From: a bacterium
GTDB lineage: Bacteria; Zhuqueibacterota; Zhuqueibacteria; Residuimicrobiales; Krinioviventaceae
Direction of reading: 5' to 3'
NCBI GenBank assembly: GCA_963674595.2
Contig: CAXXFV010000016.1
Coordinates: 640,001-704,000, forward strand
Length of the DNA: 64,000 nt
The translations under genes and the position numbers were made by a program. The notes beneath the pieces are model-generated. The model saw nothing but the letters and a program-made list of their open reading frames with translations. It was not told the DNA's origin and did no database searches. Shown here piece by piece: positions 28,763 through 39,355 of the stretch (the first letter of the stretch is position 1; each line of letters starts with the position of its first letter).

Positions 28763-29917
28763 ATGAAAAGAATCGGATATTTATTGATTAAAAAAATTAA
28801 AAGAGCCGGAAAGATTTTTTTTCCGGCTCTGCTAGTTTTTTATTATGCTTTCGGTTTGTCACCGGAATTTGCCTTTGCTACGGATGTTCCTGACCGCATC
28901 AAGTTTGAAATTCCCAAATCTGATCCGGTAATCGTGCGGCAAAAAATAGAGAACAATCCTTTGCCGCTTATCAGCCTTGTAGCAGTCGGTGATTTGATGA
29001 TGGGCTCCTGGGTCATTGATATTGTCAACAGAGAAGGGTATGATTTTCCTTTTGACAGCACAAGAACAATCATAAAAAGCGCAGATGTTGCCGTTGCCAA
29101 CCTGGAGGCGCCGTTTTCATTGACAGGCACCAGTTTTGAAAAAAAGTATACCTTTAAAGTGCCGCCGGTTTTGGCCCAGGGTATAAAAAATGCCGGATTT
29201 GATGTTTTAACACTGGCAAACAATCATATGGTTGATTTTGGCTGCGAAGGTGTTATGAATACCCGTGCTGCGCTGGATTCCTTTGGGCTTTTTTACTGTG
29301 GGGCCGGAGCAAACAGAGAACAAGCCTGTTCTCCGGTTTATGTTGACTGTATGGGTGTTAAGGTTGCCTTTATTGCTTTTTCACTAACTTTTCCGAAAGA
29401 GTTTTGGGCCGACGATACATCCTGTGGGACCTGTTTTGCTTCCGAACGTTCTCTGAAGCGGGCACTAGCTGAAAGTGAAAAAAATGCTGATGTGACAATT
29501 GTCAGTTTTCACTGGGGTGCGGAGAAAATGACGGTTCCAAAGGATTATCAAATACATTTGGCTCACAGTTCCATAGATGCCGGAGCAGATTTGGTTTTGG
29601 GACACCATCCTCATGTTTTACAAGGAATAGAAATTTATAAGAACAAACTGATTGCCTATAGTTTGGGTAATTATGTTTTTGGTTCATTCAGTAGAAATTC
29701 TAAAGACAGTATTGTACTGCAAACATTGATTTCTCCTCAAGGTTTAATTAATGCTCATGTTTATCCGATTAATGTCTATAATCATGAGGTGGGTTTTCAA
29801 CCCAGGCTTGTTAAGGGCAAGGAACGATCAAGAATTATTGAGAATTTAAATGGTTTGTCGCGTGATTTGAATTTTGGTAAAAATTTAATAGATCAAAAGG
29901 GTTTTATTTTTCCATAA
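28763..29917 (+). CDS. CapA/PgsA family metallophosphoesterase-like protein
   Basis: AVGD, ANLE, LANNH, HWG.E, GHHPHVLQ, YSLGN motifs. Confidence 0.9.
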   Translation: MKRIGYLLIKKIKRAGKIFFPALLVFYYAFGLSPEFAFATDVPDRIKFEIPKSDPVIVRQKIENNPLPLISLVAVGDLMMGSWVIDIVNREGYDFPFDSTRTIIKSADVAVANLEAPFSLTGTSFEKKYTFKVPPVLAQGIKNAGFDVLTLANNHMVDFGCEGVMNTRAALDSFGLFYCGAGANREQACSPVYVDCMGVKVAFIAFSLTFPKEFWADDTSCGTCFASERSLKRALAESEKNADVTIVSFHWGAEKMTVPKDYQIHLAHSSIDAGADLVLGHHPHVLQGIEIYKNKLIAYSLGNYVFGSFSRNSKDSIVLQTLISPQGLINAHVYPINVYNHEVGFQPRLVKGKERSRIIENLNGLSRDLNFGKNLIDQKGFIFP

Positions 29918-29935
29918 AATTTTTGTGGGGTATAT

Positions 29936-31309
29936 ATGTCAAAGATCAGCGAACCTGCACGAGAAGGATTTCTGTATCATCTGTGGGACCAACGGGATTT
30001 TAATTTTACACTTACAACGATTGATGAGCGAAAGGTCACAATCCATGAAAAAGGACAGAGAAACTTTGATGGCGGACCGGATTATTTAAACGCTCTTATA
30101 CAGATCAATGACCATCTTGTTCGCGGTGATATTGAAATACATGCAACAGCACAGGATTGGTATGCTCATGGTCATCATAATGATCCGGCTTATAATTCGG
30201 TCATTCTGCACATTGTCACCATGGAGTGTCCGCCTGAATTTTATACAATAGCTCAAAATGAAACTGTAATTCCCACTTTAAATTTAGACTGGTTTCTGGA
30301 GAAAAATGCCGAAGAACTAGAGTTGGAAGATAGAGACCCTGAAAAGAACGAATCAGTTTGTGTTTTTGAGCAAAAAGATATTTTTTTTAAACAGAATTTT
30401 TTAAGTAATGCCGGATTAGAGCGGTTGAAAATTAAAGCCGAACGGTTTTTAGAGCAACATGGAACAGCGAATTGGGACCAAATATTTTATCAGGCCATAT
30501 TGGAATCTTTGGGGTATTCAAAAAATCAAATTCCTTTTCGGCGGTTGGCAGCTCTTTTACCTGTTAATGATATTTGGCAGTACATTAGAAACGACGACGC
30601 AAAAGAGGCTTTAATAAAAAGTGAAGCGTTACTTTTTGGCGCTGCAGGATTTTTAAAGCACCATGACGTATTGGATCCTGAAGCTAAAAAGTACCATACT
30701 CAACTGGTTATGATTTGGGACTCCTTTTTAAAATTTGATAAAATTGTTCCTTTAGAGATGGAAACATGGCAGTTTTTTCGTCTGCGTCCGCAAAATTTTC
30801 CAACACGGCGCATTGCTGCGGCGGCTCAACTGATTTGCCAGTTTCAACGGGATGGTTTTGTTGAAACCATTTATCGACTCGTCCATAATACTTTTCCATT
30901 GCCTAAAGGATTTTACAAAGAACTTGAACGGCTCTTTGTTGTAACGGCAGGTACTTTTTGGATGAGACATTTTTCATTTCAGGACCTTGCCGAACCGAAA
31001 TCAAAAATGGAGAAAAATTTATTAGGTTCCGAACGGGCCCGTGATATTGTTATAAATACGGTCCTGCCGGGATTATATGCCTATTCATTGGAAATCGGTG
31101 ACGGTCACCTGGCCAACACTATACACCATTTGTTTAACCATTATCCTGTTTGTGCTGATAACGAAATAACAAAAAAAATGAAAGTAATTTTTGATAAAAC
31201 AGGAAACGATGGTACTGTGCTAAATGCTTTACATCAGCAAGGACTGATACATCTTTACAAAAACTATTGTCAAAAGGGTAATTGTTTTGCATGCAGGCAG
31301 AAAGTTTAA
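29936..31309 (+). CDS. DUF2851 family protein
   Basis: GPDY, GDIEIH, DWYAHGHHNDPAYNSVILH, RLRPQNFPTRRIA, QQGLIHLYKNYC..C..C. Confidence 0.85.
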   Translation: MSKISEPAREGFLYHLWDQRDFNFTLTTIDERKVTIHEKGQRNFDGGPDYLNALIQINDHLVRGDIEIHATAQDWYAHGHHNDPAYNSVILHIVTMECPPEFYTIAQNETVIPTLNLDWFLEKNAEELELEDRDPEKNESVCVFEQKDIFFKQNFLSNAGLERLKIKAERFLEQHGTANWDQIFYQAILESLGYSKNQIPFRRLAALLPVNDIWQYIRNDDAKEALIKSEALLFGAAGFLKHHDVLDPEAKKYHTQLVMIWDSFLKFDKIVPLEMETWQFFRLRPQNFPTRRIAAAAQLICQFQRDGFVETIYRLVHNTFPLPKGFYKELERLFVVTAGTFWMRHFSFQDLAEPKSKMEKNLLGSERARDIVINTVLPGLYAYSLEIGDGHLANTIHHLFNHYPVCADNEITKKMKVIFDKTGNDGTVLNALHQQGLIHLYKNYCQKGNCFACRQKV

Positions 31310-31358
31310 GTTGTTGTGTTGATATGCAATAAGCTGTTTTACGGCTCTATCCTTTTTG

Positions 31359-31387
31359 TTGACTTTTTTTCGAATTTTTAGTAATAT
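31359..31387 (+). promoter_or_regulatory. Sigma70-type promoter of the rsmI operon
   Basis: TTGACT-17 nt-TAATAT. Confidence 0.55.
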
Positions 31388-31520
31388 TACTGGTTTAGTT
31401 TATTAATGATATAATATGTTTAAATTTATTTATTTTGGATAAAAGAGCATGCGTGCCCGACTGAACCTAATAATCGATAATTATTAGTAAAGAGGAGGAA
31501 AAAATAATAATAGATTCGAT

Positions 31521-32291
31521 TTGGAGGCTAAAGTGACGCCGGGCACGCTATATATTGTTAGTACACCCATTGGTAATTTGAAAGATATTTCTTTACGGGC
31601 GTTGGAAATTCTTGCACATGTAGATTTGATCGCGGCAGAAGATACAAGAACCTCTCGTATATTATTAGACGCATATCAAATAAAAACGCCTACAAAAAGT
31701 TATCATGATTTTAATAAAGAAAGCGTAACACCTCAATTACTGGAGAAATTAAAGAGCAAAGAGTCTATTGCTGTTATTAGTGATGCAGGAACACCTGGTA
31801 TTTCTGATCCGGCATTTTACCTTGTTCGTGAAGCCATAAAAGAAAATATAAAAATTGAGACAATTCCCGGCGCAACAGCCTTTGTTCCTGCTTTAATATT
31901 ATCCGGTTTGGCGACAGATCGTTTTGTTTTCGAAGGTTTTTTACCGCCGAAAAAAGGGCGACATACAAGACTTGAGCAACTAGCTGAAGAACCCAGAACA
32001 ATTATTTTATATGAATCTCCCAAACGACTTTATCGGACTCTTGTTGATATTCACAAAGTTATTGGCGATAGACAAATAGCAATTGTTCGTGAACTTACCA
32101 AAGTTTTTGAACAAACCATTAGAGGTCCTCTTTCAGAATTGTTGACTGATTTTGATAAAATTACTTTAAAAGGTGAAATTGTCCTGGTAATTGAAGGTAA
32201 TACGCGACAAATACAAAGAAATAAAAAGTCGCTTTTAAAAGAAAAGCGCTATAAAGATGATTGGAGGAATAGTGCAACGGATAATGTGTAA
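31521..32291 (+). CDS. rsmI: 16S rRNA C1402 2'-O-methyltransferase
   Basis: LYIVSTPIGNLKDIS, AEDTR, SDAGTPGISDP, FEGFLP, YESP, RELTK, KGEIV. Confidence 0.95.
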   Translation: MEAKVTPGTLYIVSTPIGNLKDISLRALEILAHVDLIAAEDTRTSRILLDAYQIKTPTKSYHDFNKESVTPQLLEKLKSKESIAVISDAGTPGISDPAFYLVREAIKENIKIETIPGATAFVPALILSGLATDRFVFEGFLPPKKGRHTRLEQLAEEPRTIILYESPKRLYRTLVDIHKVIGDRQIAIVRELTKVFEQTIRGPLSELLTDFDKITLKGEIVLVIEGNTRQIQRNKKSLLKEKRYKDDWRNSATDNV

Positions 32292-32628
32292 ATCCAAAAT
32301 CCATCGTGCACGTGTTACCGACGCTGATTTGAATTATGAAGGTAGTTTGACCCTTGATCCCGATTTTATGGAAGCTGCCGGTTTATTGCCCTATGAAAAA
32401 GTTCAGGTTGTGAATATAAATAATGGTACCAGAGCAGAAACTTATCTTATTGAAGGGAAAAAAGGCGCCAAAGAGGTATGTATAAACGGTGCTTTAGCAC
32501 GTTGGGCCCAAAAAGATGATTTGATTATTGTAATTGCCTATGCTGTTGTTGATGAAAGTGAATTAAGTGAATTTACCCCTAAAGTGGTTTTGATGGATGA
32601 AAATAATAACATCAAAGAGGTGAATTAA
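32272..32628 (+). CDS. panD: Aspartate 1-decarboxylase
   Basis: KSKIHRARVT, YEGS cleavage site, INGALAR; GTG start after ggagg. Confidence 0.95.
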   Translation: MQRIMCKSKIHRARVTDADLNYEGSLTLDPDFMEAAGLLPYEKVQVVNINNGTRAETYLIEGKKGAKEVCINGALARWAQKDDLIIVIAYAVVDESELSEFTPKVVLMDENNNIKEVN

Positions 32629-32669
32629 TAATATCTTAAAGTTTAACTAGTGACCGAAAGTGAACAATT

Positions 32670-34010
32670 TTGCAAAAATCTTCACCTCTAAAAACGATCC
32701 TTAAAACTTCTCTGCCTGCAGTTATCGATTTGTCTTCTCAAACAATTATGTGGACAATCGAAGCTATTTTCATCGGCCGGCTTAGTGCTTCTGCATTTGC
32801 CGGACATGGTGTTGCTTTACAAATTATACTTGTGTTTTTTTCTGTTATGTTGACTTTTGTTGTTGGTGCCAGTTTAATTATTAATCGGCACCTGGGGGCA
32901 AAAGACTATTTTCAAGCAAACCATGTTTTTGGTCAGGCTATGATTTTAGGCGTTTTGATGGCCTTTCTTTTTGCCTTTATCTGGTATTCAGGAGCCATTC
33001 ACATCATTGGTCTGATAAAGGAAGGTGAATCCGCCCTGGCTGAGGAAGCGGGCGTTACCTATATTCGCACAGTTGCTTTATTTGCGCCTCTGTTGATTAC
33101 TAATTTTGTTGCAGTTGGTATCATCCGATCTATCGGTGATACAAAGTATTCCATGTTTGTCAATGTTTTAATTAATTCTATAAACGTTGTTTTATCACCA
33201 ATGTTAATATTTGGCTGGTTTGGTTTTCCTCGTTTGGAAGTTAAAGGTGCCGCCCTGGCCGTTGGAATTGCTCATAGCATTGGTTTTGTAGTTACATTTT
33301 TTCTGTTACGCAGTAACAAATTGCAAATTTTTCTTTCTTTTAAAGAGCTGACTTCACCAAAATGGGAAAGTTTTAAAAAGCTTTTTAAAACAGGTCTACC
33401 GACAACAATGGAGCAATTGGCCTGGGCATTAGGAATGCTGGCTGCCACAATATATGCCGGACAAATATCTATTTATATATTATCAACTCACCAGGTTTTT
33501 GTTCGAATTCAAAATGTTCTTTCTATGGTATATATGGGCTTTTCTTTAACTGCCATGAGTATTATGGGACAGAATCTTGGCGCATCAAATAATGTTTTGG
33601 CTGAAAAAATGGCCAAAGCCGCGCACCGAATTATGGGTGTCTTTGTTCTGATTATTGTAGCCATTATGATGTGTTGCTCTAAAACATTGATTCTGGTTTT
33701 CAATCGTGATCCTCAGGTATTGGAACTTGGAACCAAAGCCATCTATATATTTGCATTTGCGCAGATACCAAAAGCATTAAATAATGTAATTAGCGGAAAT
33801 TTACGCGGCATCGGGCATTTACAATGGCTGATGTGGACGACGATTATATTTGTACTTATTTTCGAAATTGGATTGAATTATTTTTCCGCATTCGTGTTTG
33901 GATGGGGTTTATATGGTATTTGGGGAATACAGAGCCTGGATGAATCTATTCGATTTAGTATGAACTATTGGCGGTTTCATGGTGGTAGTTGGAGGAAAGC
34001 TGTTTCATAA
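32670..34010 (+). CDS. MATE family efflux transporter
   Basis: About 12 TM; RSIGDTK, FPRLEVKGAALA, GQNLGA. Confidence 0.9.
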   Translation: MQKSSPLKTILKTSLPAVIDLSSQTIMWTIEAIFIGRLSASAFAGHGVALQIILVFFSVMLTFVVGASLIINRHLGAKDYFQANHVFGQAMILGVLMAFLFAFIWYSGAIHIIGLIKEGESALAEEAGVTYIRTVALFAPLLITNFVAVGIIRSIGDTKYSMFVNVLINSINVVLSPMLIFGWFGFPRLEVKGAALAVGIAHSIGFVVTFFLLRSNKLQIFLSFKELTSPKWESFKKLFKTGLPTTMEQLAWALGMLAATIYAGQISIYILSTHQVFVRIQNVLSMVYMGFSLTAMSIMGQNLGASNNVLAEKMAKAAHRIMGVFVLIIVAIMMCCSKTLILVFNRDPQVLELGTKAIYIFAFAQIPKALNNVISGNLRGIGHLQWLMWTTIIFVLIFEIGLNYFSAFVFGWGLYGIWGIQSLDESIRFSMNYWRFHGGSWRKAVS

Positions 34011-34663
34011 TGTCGAATTTGAAGGACCATAAATCCGGATATTTTATTACTTTTGAAGGAATAGATTATTCGGGAAAATCAGTACAGACGAATCTTTTTT
34101 GTCAATATTTAATGGAAAAAAAGATAGATTATATTTCTTTACGCGATCCAGGTGCGACACGAATTTCGGAGCAAATTCGTAAAATTTTATTGGATAACTC
34201 ACATACGGAAATGTCTGACTGGACAGAATTGTTATTATATGAGGCAGCACGTGCTCAAATGGTTGAGCAAAGTATTTTACCGGCATTAGCGGAAAATAAA
34301 TTAATAGTTTGTGACCGTTTTTTTGATTCTACAACAGCTTATCAGGGATACGGACGCAAACTTGATTTAAATATTGTTCATAATGCAAATCAAATCGGCT
34401 CCTGTGGATATACTCCTGATTTGACATTTTTAATTGATTTGGAACCCAAAACAGCTCTTCAACGTAGAACTAGGATTAATGCAGACGCGGACAGACTGGA
34501 ATCTGAAGGATTAGAGTTTCAAAATAGAATTCGGAATGGTTACTTGCAGATTGCAGCGCATGAAAAGCGTGTTCATATTGTGAATGGAAATCAAGCTGTT
34601 GAAAATATTCATAAAGAAATTATTGACATTTTTAGTGCAACATATCAGGGTTTTGTTGATTGA
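34010..34663 (+). CDS. tmk: Thymidylate kinase
   Basis: FITFEGIDYSGKS, CDRFFDSTTAYQG, PDLTF; TAATG coupling with the MATE stop. Confidence 0.95.
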   Translation: MSNLKDHKSGYFITFEGIDYSGKSVQTNLFCQYLMEKKIDYISLRDPGATRISEQIRKILLDNSHTEMSDWTELLLYEAARAQMVEQSILPALAENKLIVCDRFFDSTTAYQGYGRKLDLNIVHNANQIGSCGYTPDLTFLIDLEPKTALQRRTRINADADRLESEGLEFQNRIRNGYLQIAAHEKRVHIVNGNQAVENIHKEIIDIFSATYQGFVD

Positions 34664-34685
34664 AAGCCGTGAGAGGATAAAAAAT

Positions 34686-36422
34686 ATGAGTAAAACTAAA
34701 AAGATCACCCTTGTTGTATTGCTGGTGTTTTCTGCTACTATAATTACTGGCTGGTTTTCCGGATTATACAGCAACAGCACTAATGATATTTATGCTCAGG
34801 TTCGAAAGTCTATTTTAACTTTTGGTGAAGTATACAAAACTGTCACTGCAAGATATGTTGAAGATATTGAACCGGAGAAATTTTTACAGGCAGGTATTCA
34901 GGGAATGCTGGATAAACTTGATCCTTATACGGTTTACCTGGAGTCTGAGGGAAAAGACGAAATTGAAATAATGACCCGTGGTAAATATTATGGCGTGGGT
35001 ATGCGTATTGTTGTTCGTAATGGATGGGCAACAGTTGCAGAGCAGCCTTTTGCCAACAGTCCTGCTTTTCGGGCCGGTATTCGCGAAGGTGACCAGATTG
35101 TTGAAATTGATGGTCATTCAACCAAGGATGAAAGTTTGACTAAAACGGCCGGTCGTCTTCGTGGAACGGAAAAAGGCAGTGAAGTTAAAATAAAAATTAA
35201 ACGTGTTGGTGAAGAAAAATCATTGGCTTTTACACTTATCCGTGATGAAATTGTTGTTTCGGATATTCAATATACCGGTTTTGTTGAACCCGGTGTTGGT
35301 TTGATAAAACTTGAACGTTTTAACAGGGGCGCCGGTCATCAACTTTTTGAAGCTATCCAGGATTTGGAAGAACAAGGTCTGGATAAATTGATTTTAGACT
35401 TGCGCAGTAATCCCGGTGGATTGTTGGATGTAGCTGTGGAAGTTGCCGATTTGTTTGTGCCGAAAGGCTCACTTGTTGTTTATACGGAAGGACGCCATAA
35501 AGACTCACGGCAAGAGTTCCGGGCGAGAACCAATCCAATATTTGGGGAAAAACCGCTTGTTATTCTTGTTGATGGTTTCAGTGCATCTGCATCTGAAATT
35601 GTTTCCGGAGCAATTCAGGATTTGGACAGAGGTGTTATCATTGGAAGCCGGTCTTTTGGAAAAGGTCTTGTTCAAACAGTTGTTCCTTTGGATAGAAAAG
35701 GTGATACGCAATTAAAATTAACAACAGCAAAATATTATATGCCCAGTGGCCGACTTATTCAAAAACCGGATGCTTTTAACAGAGGCCGGGGTTCTGTTTT
35801 AATGAATTCTACAGAAAACGGAGACGAAGACGATCCTAAAGAAGAAGAAAAAGAAGAAACTGTGGAAGAAAAATTCTATACAAAAAATGGCCGCGTCGTT
35901 TTGGGCGGTGGTGGAATTACACCTGATGTAAAAGTTAAAAATCCACGAACAAGCCGCTTTGTCATTGAGCTTATGAGAAAATCCATGTTTTTTAATTATA
36001 GCTTGAATTATGCTGCTGACCATAAAAACCTTACACCTGATTTTGAAATAACAGATCCAATTCTTGATGGTTTTTTCAAATTCGTTGAAGGAAAAGAGTT
36101 TGATTATAATCCGGATGGATATGAAGAAATTGAAAACATTGAAAAGTTAGCAAAAGAAGACGGCTATTTGGAAAACATTCAGGCATCAGTTGATGCACTG
36201 AAAAAGGACTTTAAAGTGGTTAAACAAAAAGAAAAAGAAAATTCGATAGATGATGTAAAAATGTTGTTAAAACGTGAAATCTCAGCAAAACTATTCAGCG
36301 CTGATGTTGCCTACCAGTCTATGTTTGCAAGTGATTCTGTATTAACCAAAGCCGTTCAAATACTCAAAGATGAAAATGAATATTCTAAACTTTTAAATGT
36401 TCAGGTTGCAGTTAAGAAATAA
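34686..36422 (+). CDS. S41 family C-terminal processing protease (PDZ)
   Basis: LDPYT, PDZ domain, LDLRSNPGG, SASASEI, SFGKGLVQ, TTAKYY, GGITPD. Confidence 0.93.
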   Translation: MSKTKKITLVVLLVFSATIITGWFSGLYSNSTNDIYAQVRKSILTFGEVYKTVTARYVEDIEPEKFLQAGIQGMLDKLDPYTVYLESEGKDEIEIMTRGKYYGVGMRIVVRNGWATVAEQPFANSPAFRAGIREGDQIVEIDGHSTKDESLTKTAGRLRGTEKGSEVKIKIKRVGEEKSLAFTLIRDEIVVSDIQYTGFVEPGVGLIKLERFNRGAGHQLFEAIQDLEEQGLDKLILDLRSNPGGLLDVAVEVADLFVPKGSLVVYTEGRHKDSRQEFRARTNPIFGEKPLVILVDGFSASASEIVSGAIQDLDRGVIIGSRSFGKGLVQTVVPLDRKGDTQLKLTTAKYYMPSGRLIQKPDAFNRGRGSVLMNSTENGDEDDPKEEEKEETVEEKFYTKNGRVVLGGGGITPDVKVKNPRTSRFVIELMRKSMFFNYSLNYAADHKNLTPDFEITDPILDGFFKFVEGKEFDYNPDGYEEIENIEKLAKEDGYLENIQASVDALKKDFKVVKQKEKENSIDDVKMLLKREISAKLFSADVAYQSMFASDSVLTKAVQILKDENEYSKLLNVQVAVKK

Positions 36423-36489
36423 GACATATTTAACATAAATAAACTAAAAATTATTAATTTAAATTTATCTAAAAACCTAAGGAGTAGTA

Positions 36490-39207
36490 ATGTCCGAAAA
36501 ATATGTTTATACTTTTGGCGCTGGTAAAGCCGAAGGTAAAGCTGATATGAAAAATTTATTAGGTGGTAAAGGTGCTAATCTTGCAGAAATGAATCTTATT
36601 GGTGTTCCCGTTCCTGCTGGTTTCACCATTACTACTGAAGTTTGTACTGTATACACTCAAAAAGGTCGTGATGCTGCTGTTGCAATGATTAAAGAACAAG
36701 TTGAAGCAGGTGTTAAGAATGTTGAAACTGTTATGAATGCAAAATTTGGTGACATTCAAAATCCACTGCTTGTTTCTGTTCGTTCCGGTGCACGCGTTTC
36801 CATGCCTGGTATGATGGATACTGTTTTAAACCTGGGATTAAATGAAAATGCCGTACAAGGTTTAGCGACAAAATCGGGTAATGAAAGATTTGCATGGGAC
36901 TCTTATCGTCGTTTTGTACAAATGTATGGAGATGTTGTTCTTGGATTAAAACCGGAAAGTAAAGAAGATATTGATCCTTTTGAAGAAATTATTGAAAAAG
37001 CCAAAGAAGCCAAAGGTGTTGAAAACGATACGGATCTTTCTACTGATGACTTGAAAAAAATGGTAACTGATTTTAAAGCCGCCGTGAAAAAACAAACAGG
37101 TAAAGATTTTCCTGATGATCCCTGGGAACAGCTTTGGGGCGCCGTATGTGCCGTATTTGATAGCTGGATGAATGAACGCGCTATCGTTTATCGTAAATTA
37201 AATGGTATCCCTGCAGAATGGGGAACAGCCGTTAATGTACAGGCCATGGTTTATGGAAACATGGGAGATAATTCCGGTACTGGTGTTGCCTTTACACGTG
37301 ATGCTGCTACAGGTGAAGATATTTTTAATGGTGAATATTTGGTTAATGCACAGGGTGAAGATGTTGTGGCCGGTGTTCGTACTCCGCAGCAAATAACCCT
37401 TGAAGGCTCAAAACGTTGGGCAGTTCTTGCCGGTGTTTCCGAAGAAGATAGAAAAACAAAATATCCTTCTTTAGAAGAAATTATGCCAAAAGTTTATAAG
37501 GAACTTATAGAAACAGAAACAAAACTTGAAAATCACTATAAAGATATGCAGGATCTCGAGTTTACTATTCAAGACGGACGCCTTTGGTTACTGCAAACAA
37601 GAAATGGTAAAAGAACCGGTGAAGCCATGGTTCGAATTGCTATTGAGTTGCTGGAACAGGGAATGATAGATGAAAAAGGCGCAATTTTAAAAATTGAAGC
37701 CAACAAGCTTGATGAATTGTTGCACCCGGTTTTTGATACTGACGCTGTTAAAGCTGCAACTGTATTGGCAAAAGGTCTCCCTGCTTCTCCTGGTGCTGCA
37801 ACCGGTCGTGTTGTTTTCTTTGCTGATGAAGCTGAAGAATGGAAAGCAAAGGGCGAAGAGGTTATCCTTGTTCGAATTGAAACTTCTCCTGAAGATTTGG
37901 CTGGTATGAATGCTGCTAATGGTATTTTAACAGCTCGTGGTGGTATGACTTCTCACGCTGCTGTTGTTGCTCGTGGTATGGGAAAATGCTGTGTTTCTGG
38001 TGCCGGTGCATGTAAAATTGATTATAAAATCCGTGAAATGAAAGTTGGCGGAAAGGTCATTAAAGAAGGTGACTGGATTTCGTTAAACGGTTCAACCGGT
38101 GAAGTTTATGACGGTAAAACAGAAACAAAAGATCCAGAATTATCCGGAAATTTTGGAAAATTAATGGACCTTTGTGCAAAACACACCAAAGTTCTTGTTC
38201 GGACCAATGCCGACAGTCCGCATGATTCCAAAGTTGCACGTGAATTTGGAGCCCAGGGAATTGGATTGTGTCGTACTGAACACATGTTCTTTGAAGGTGA
38301 AAGAATTAAAGCCATGCGCGAAATGATCCTTGCAAATGATGAGGCAGGTCGCCGTAAAGCTTTGGATAAACTTTTACCTTACCAACGTGAAGATTTTGAA
38401 GGTATCTTTGAAGCAATGGCCGGATACGGCGTTACCATCCGTCTGTTGGATCCGCCGCTGCATGAATTTGTTCCACATGAAGAAAAAAATCAGGCCGAAA
38501 TGGCACAGGAAATGGGAATTTCAGCAGAAGCTGTCAAATCCAAAGTTGAAGACCTGGCTGAATTTAACCCAATGCTCGGACATCGTGGATGCCGTTTGGG
38601 TAACACCTATCCTGAAATTACTGAAATGCAGGCCCGCGCAATTATTGAAGCCGCATTAAATTGTAAAGCCAAAGGTATTGATGCACGTCCGGAAATTATG
38701 GTCCCATTGATCGGTACAAAAGAAGAATTCAAAATGCAGGAACAAATTATTCGTGCAACTGCTGATAAAGTTTTTGCAGAAAAAGGCGCCAAAATCGATT
38801 ATTTGGTTGGAACAATGATTGAAATTCCCCGCGCTGCTTTAACAGCAGACGAAGTTGCAAAAGACGCTGAATTTTTCTCATTTGGTACAAATGATTTGAC
38901 CCAGATGACTTTTGGTTACTCCCGAGATGATGCTGGTAAATTTTTACCAATTTATCTTGACAAAGGCATCCTGAAGGAAGATCCATTCCAGGTATTGGAC
39001 CAAACCGGTGTTGGTCAGCTCGTTGAAATGGGAACCAAAAAAGGCCGCAGCACCCGACCTGACCTGAAGGTTGGAATTTGTGGTGAGCACGGTGGTGAAC
39101 CAAGCTCTGTTAAATTCTGCGCCAAAGTAGGAATGAACTATGTAAGTTGTTCTCCTTTCCGAGTTCCTATCGCACGCGTAGCTGCTGCTCAGGCTTCAAT
39201 TGAATAA
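36490..39207 (+). CDS. ppdK: Pyruvate, phosphate dikinase
   Basis: LGGKGANLAEM, SVRSGA, GGMTSHAAVVARG, GLCRTEHMF, SFGTNDLTQ, GICGEHGG. Confidence 0.98.
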   Translation: MSEKYVYTFGAGKAEGKADMKNLLGGKGANLAEMNLIGVPVPAGFTITTEVCTVYTQKGRDAAVAMIKEQVEAGVKNVETVMNAKFGDIQNPLLVSVRSGARVSMPGMMDTVLNLGLNENAVQGLATKSGNERFAWDSYRRFVQMYGDVVLGLKPESKEDIDPFEEIIEKAKEAKGVENDTDLSTDDLKKMVTDFKAAVKKQTGKDFPDDPWEQLWGAVCAVFDSWMNERAIVYRKLNGIPAEWGTAVNVQAMVYGNMGDNSGTGVAFTRDAATGEDIFNGEYLVNAQGEDVVAGVRTPQQITLEGSKRWAVLAGVSEEDRKTKYPSLEEIMPKVYKELIETETKLENHYKDMQDLEFTIQDGRLWLLQTRNGKRTGEAMVRIAIELLEQGMIDEKGAILKIEANKLDELLHPVFDTDAVKAATVLAKGLPASPGAATGRVVFFADEAEEWKAKGEEVILVRIETSPEDLAGMNAANGILTARGGMTSHAAVVARGMGKCCVSGAGACKIDYKIREMKVGGKVIKEGDWISLNGSTGEVYDGKTETKDPELSGNFGKLMDLCAKHTKVLVRTNADSPHDSKVAREFGAQGIGLCRTEHMFFEGERIKAMREMILANDEAGRRKALDKLLPYQREDFEGIFEAMAGYGVTIRLLDPPLHEFVPHEEKNQAEMAQEMGISAEAVKSKVEDLAEFNPMLGHRGCRLGNTYPEITEMQARAIIEAALNCKAKGIDARPEIMVPLIGTKEEFKMQEQIIRATADKVFAEKGAKIDYLVGTMIEIPRAALTADEVAKDAEFFSFGTNDLTQMTFGYSRDDAGKFLPIYLDKGILKEDPFQVLDQTGVGQLVEMGTKKGRSTRPDLKVGICGEHGGEPSSVKFCAKVGMNYVSCSPFRVPIARVAAAQASIE

Positions 39208-39236
39208 ATAAATATCAGAAATATTTATAAAAGAAT

Positions 39237-39270
39237 AAGGCGTCCGCGTTAAACCGGGCGCTTTTTTATT
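39237..39270 (+). terminator. Rho-independent terminator after ppdK
   Basis: aaggcgtccg...cgggcgcttt followed by a T run. Confidence 0.75.
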
Positions 39271-39272
39271 TT

Positions 39273-39315
39273 TGTCAAATTCAATGTTGACATTTGTCGT
39301 TTTATTTAATATGCT
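39273..39315 (+). promoter_or_regulatory. Sigma70-type promoter for the aldehyde dehydrogenase, with an inverted repeat over the -35
   Basis: TTGACA (39287)-17 nt-TATGCT (39310); tgtcaa-N8-ttgaca inverted repeat. Confidence 0.6.
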
Positions 39316-39355
39316 TCATCGTAAGAATTTTCGTATGCATAACTATGGAGGCTTT

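Noticed and set aside
31440-31500. TPP-riboswitch-like fragment (ccc....gaacct.at....gataat) with hairpin ctaataat/attattag in the rsmI leader
   Set aside because: Lacks the essential CUGAGA junction and 5' stems, and the downstream genes are not thiamine-related. An Rfam scan would settle it.
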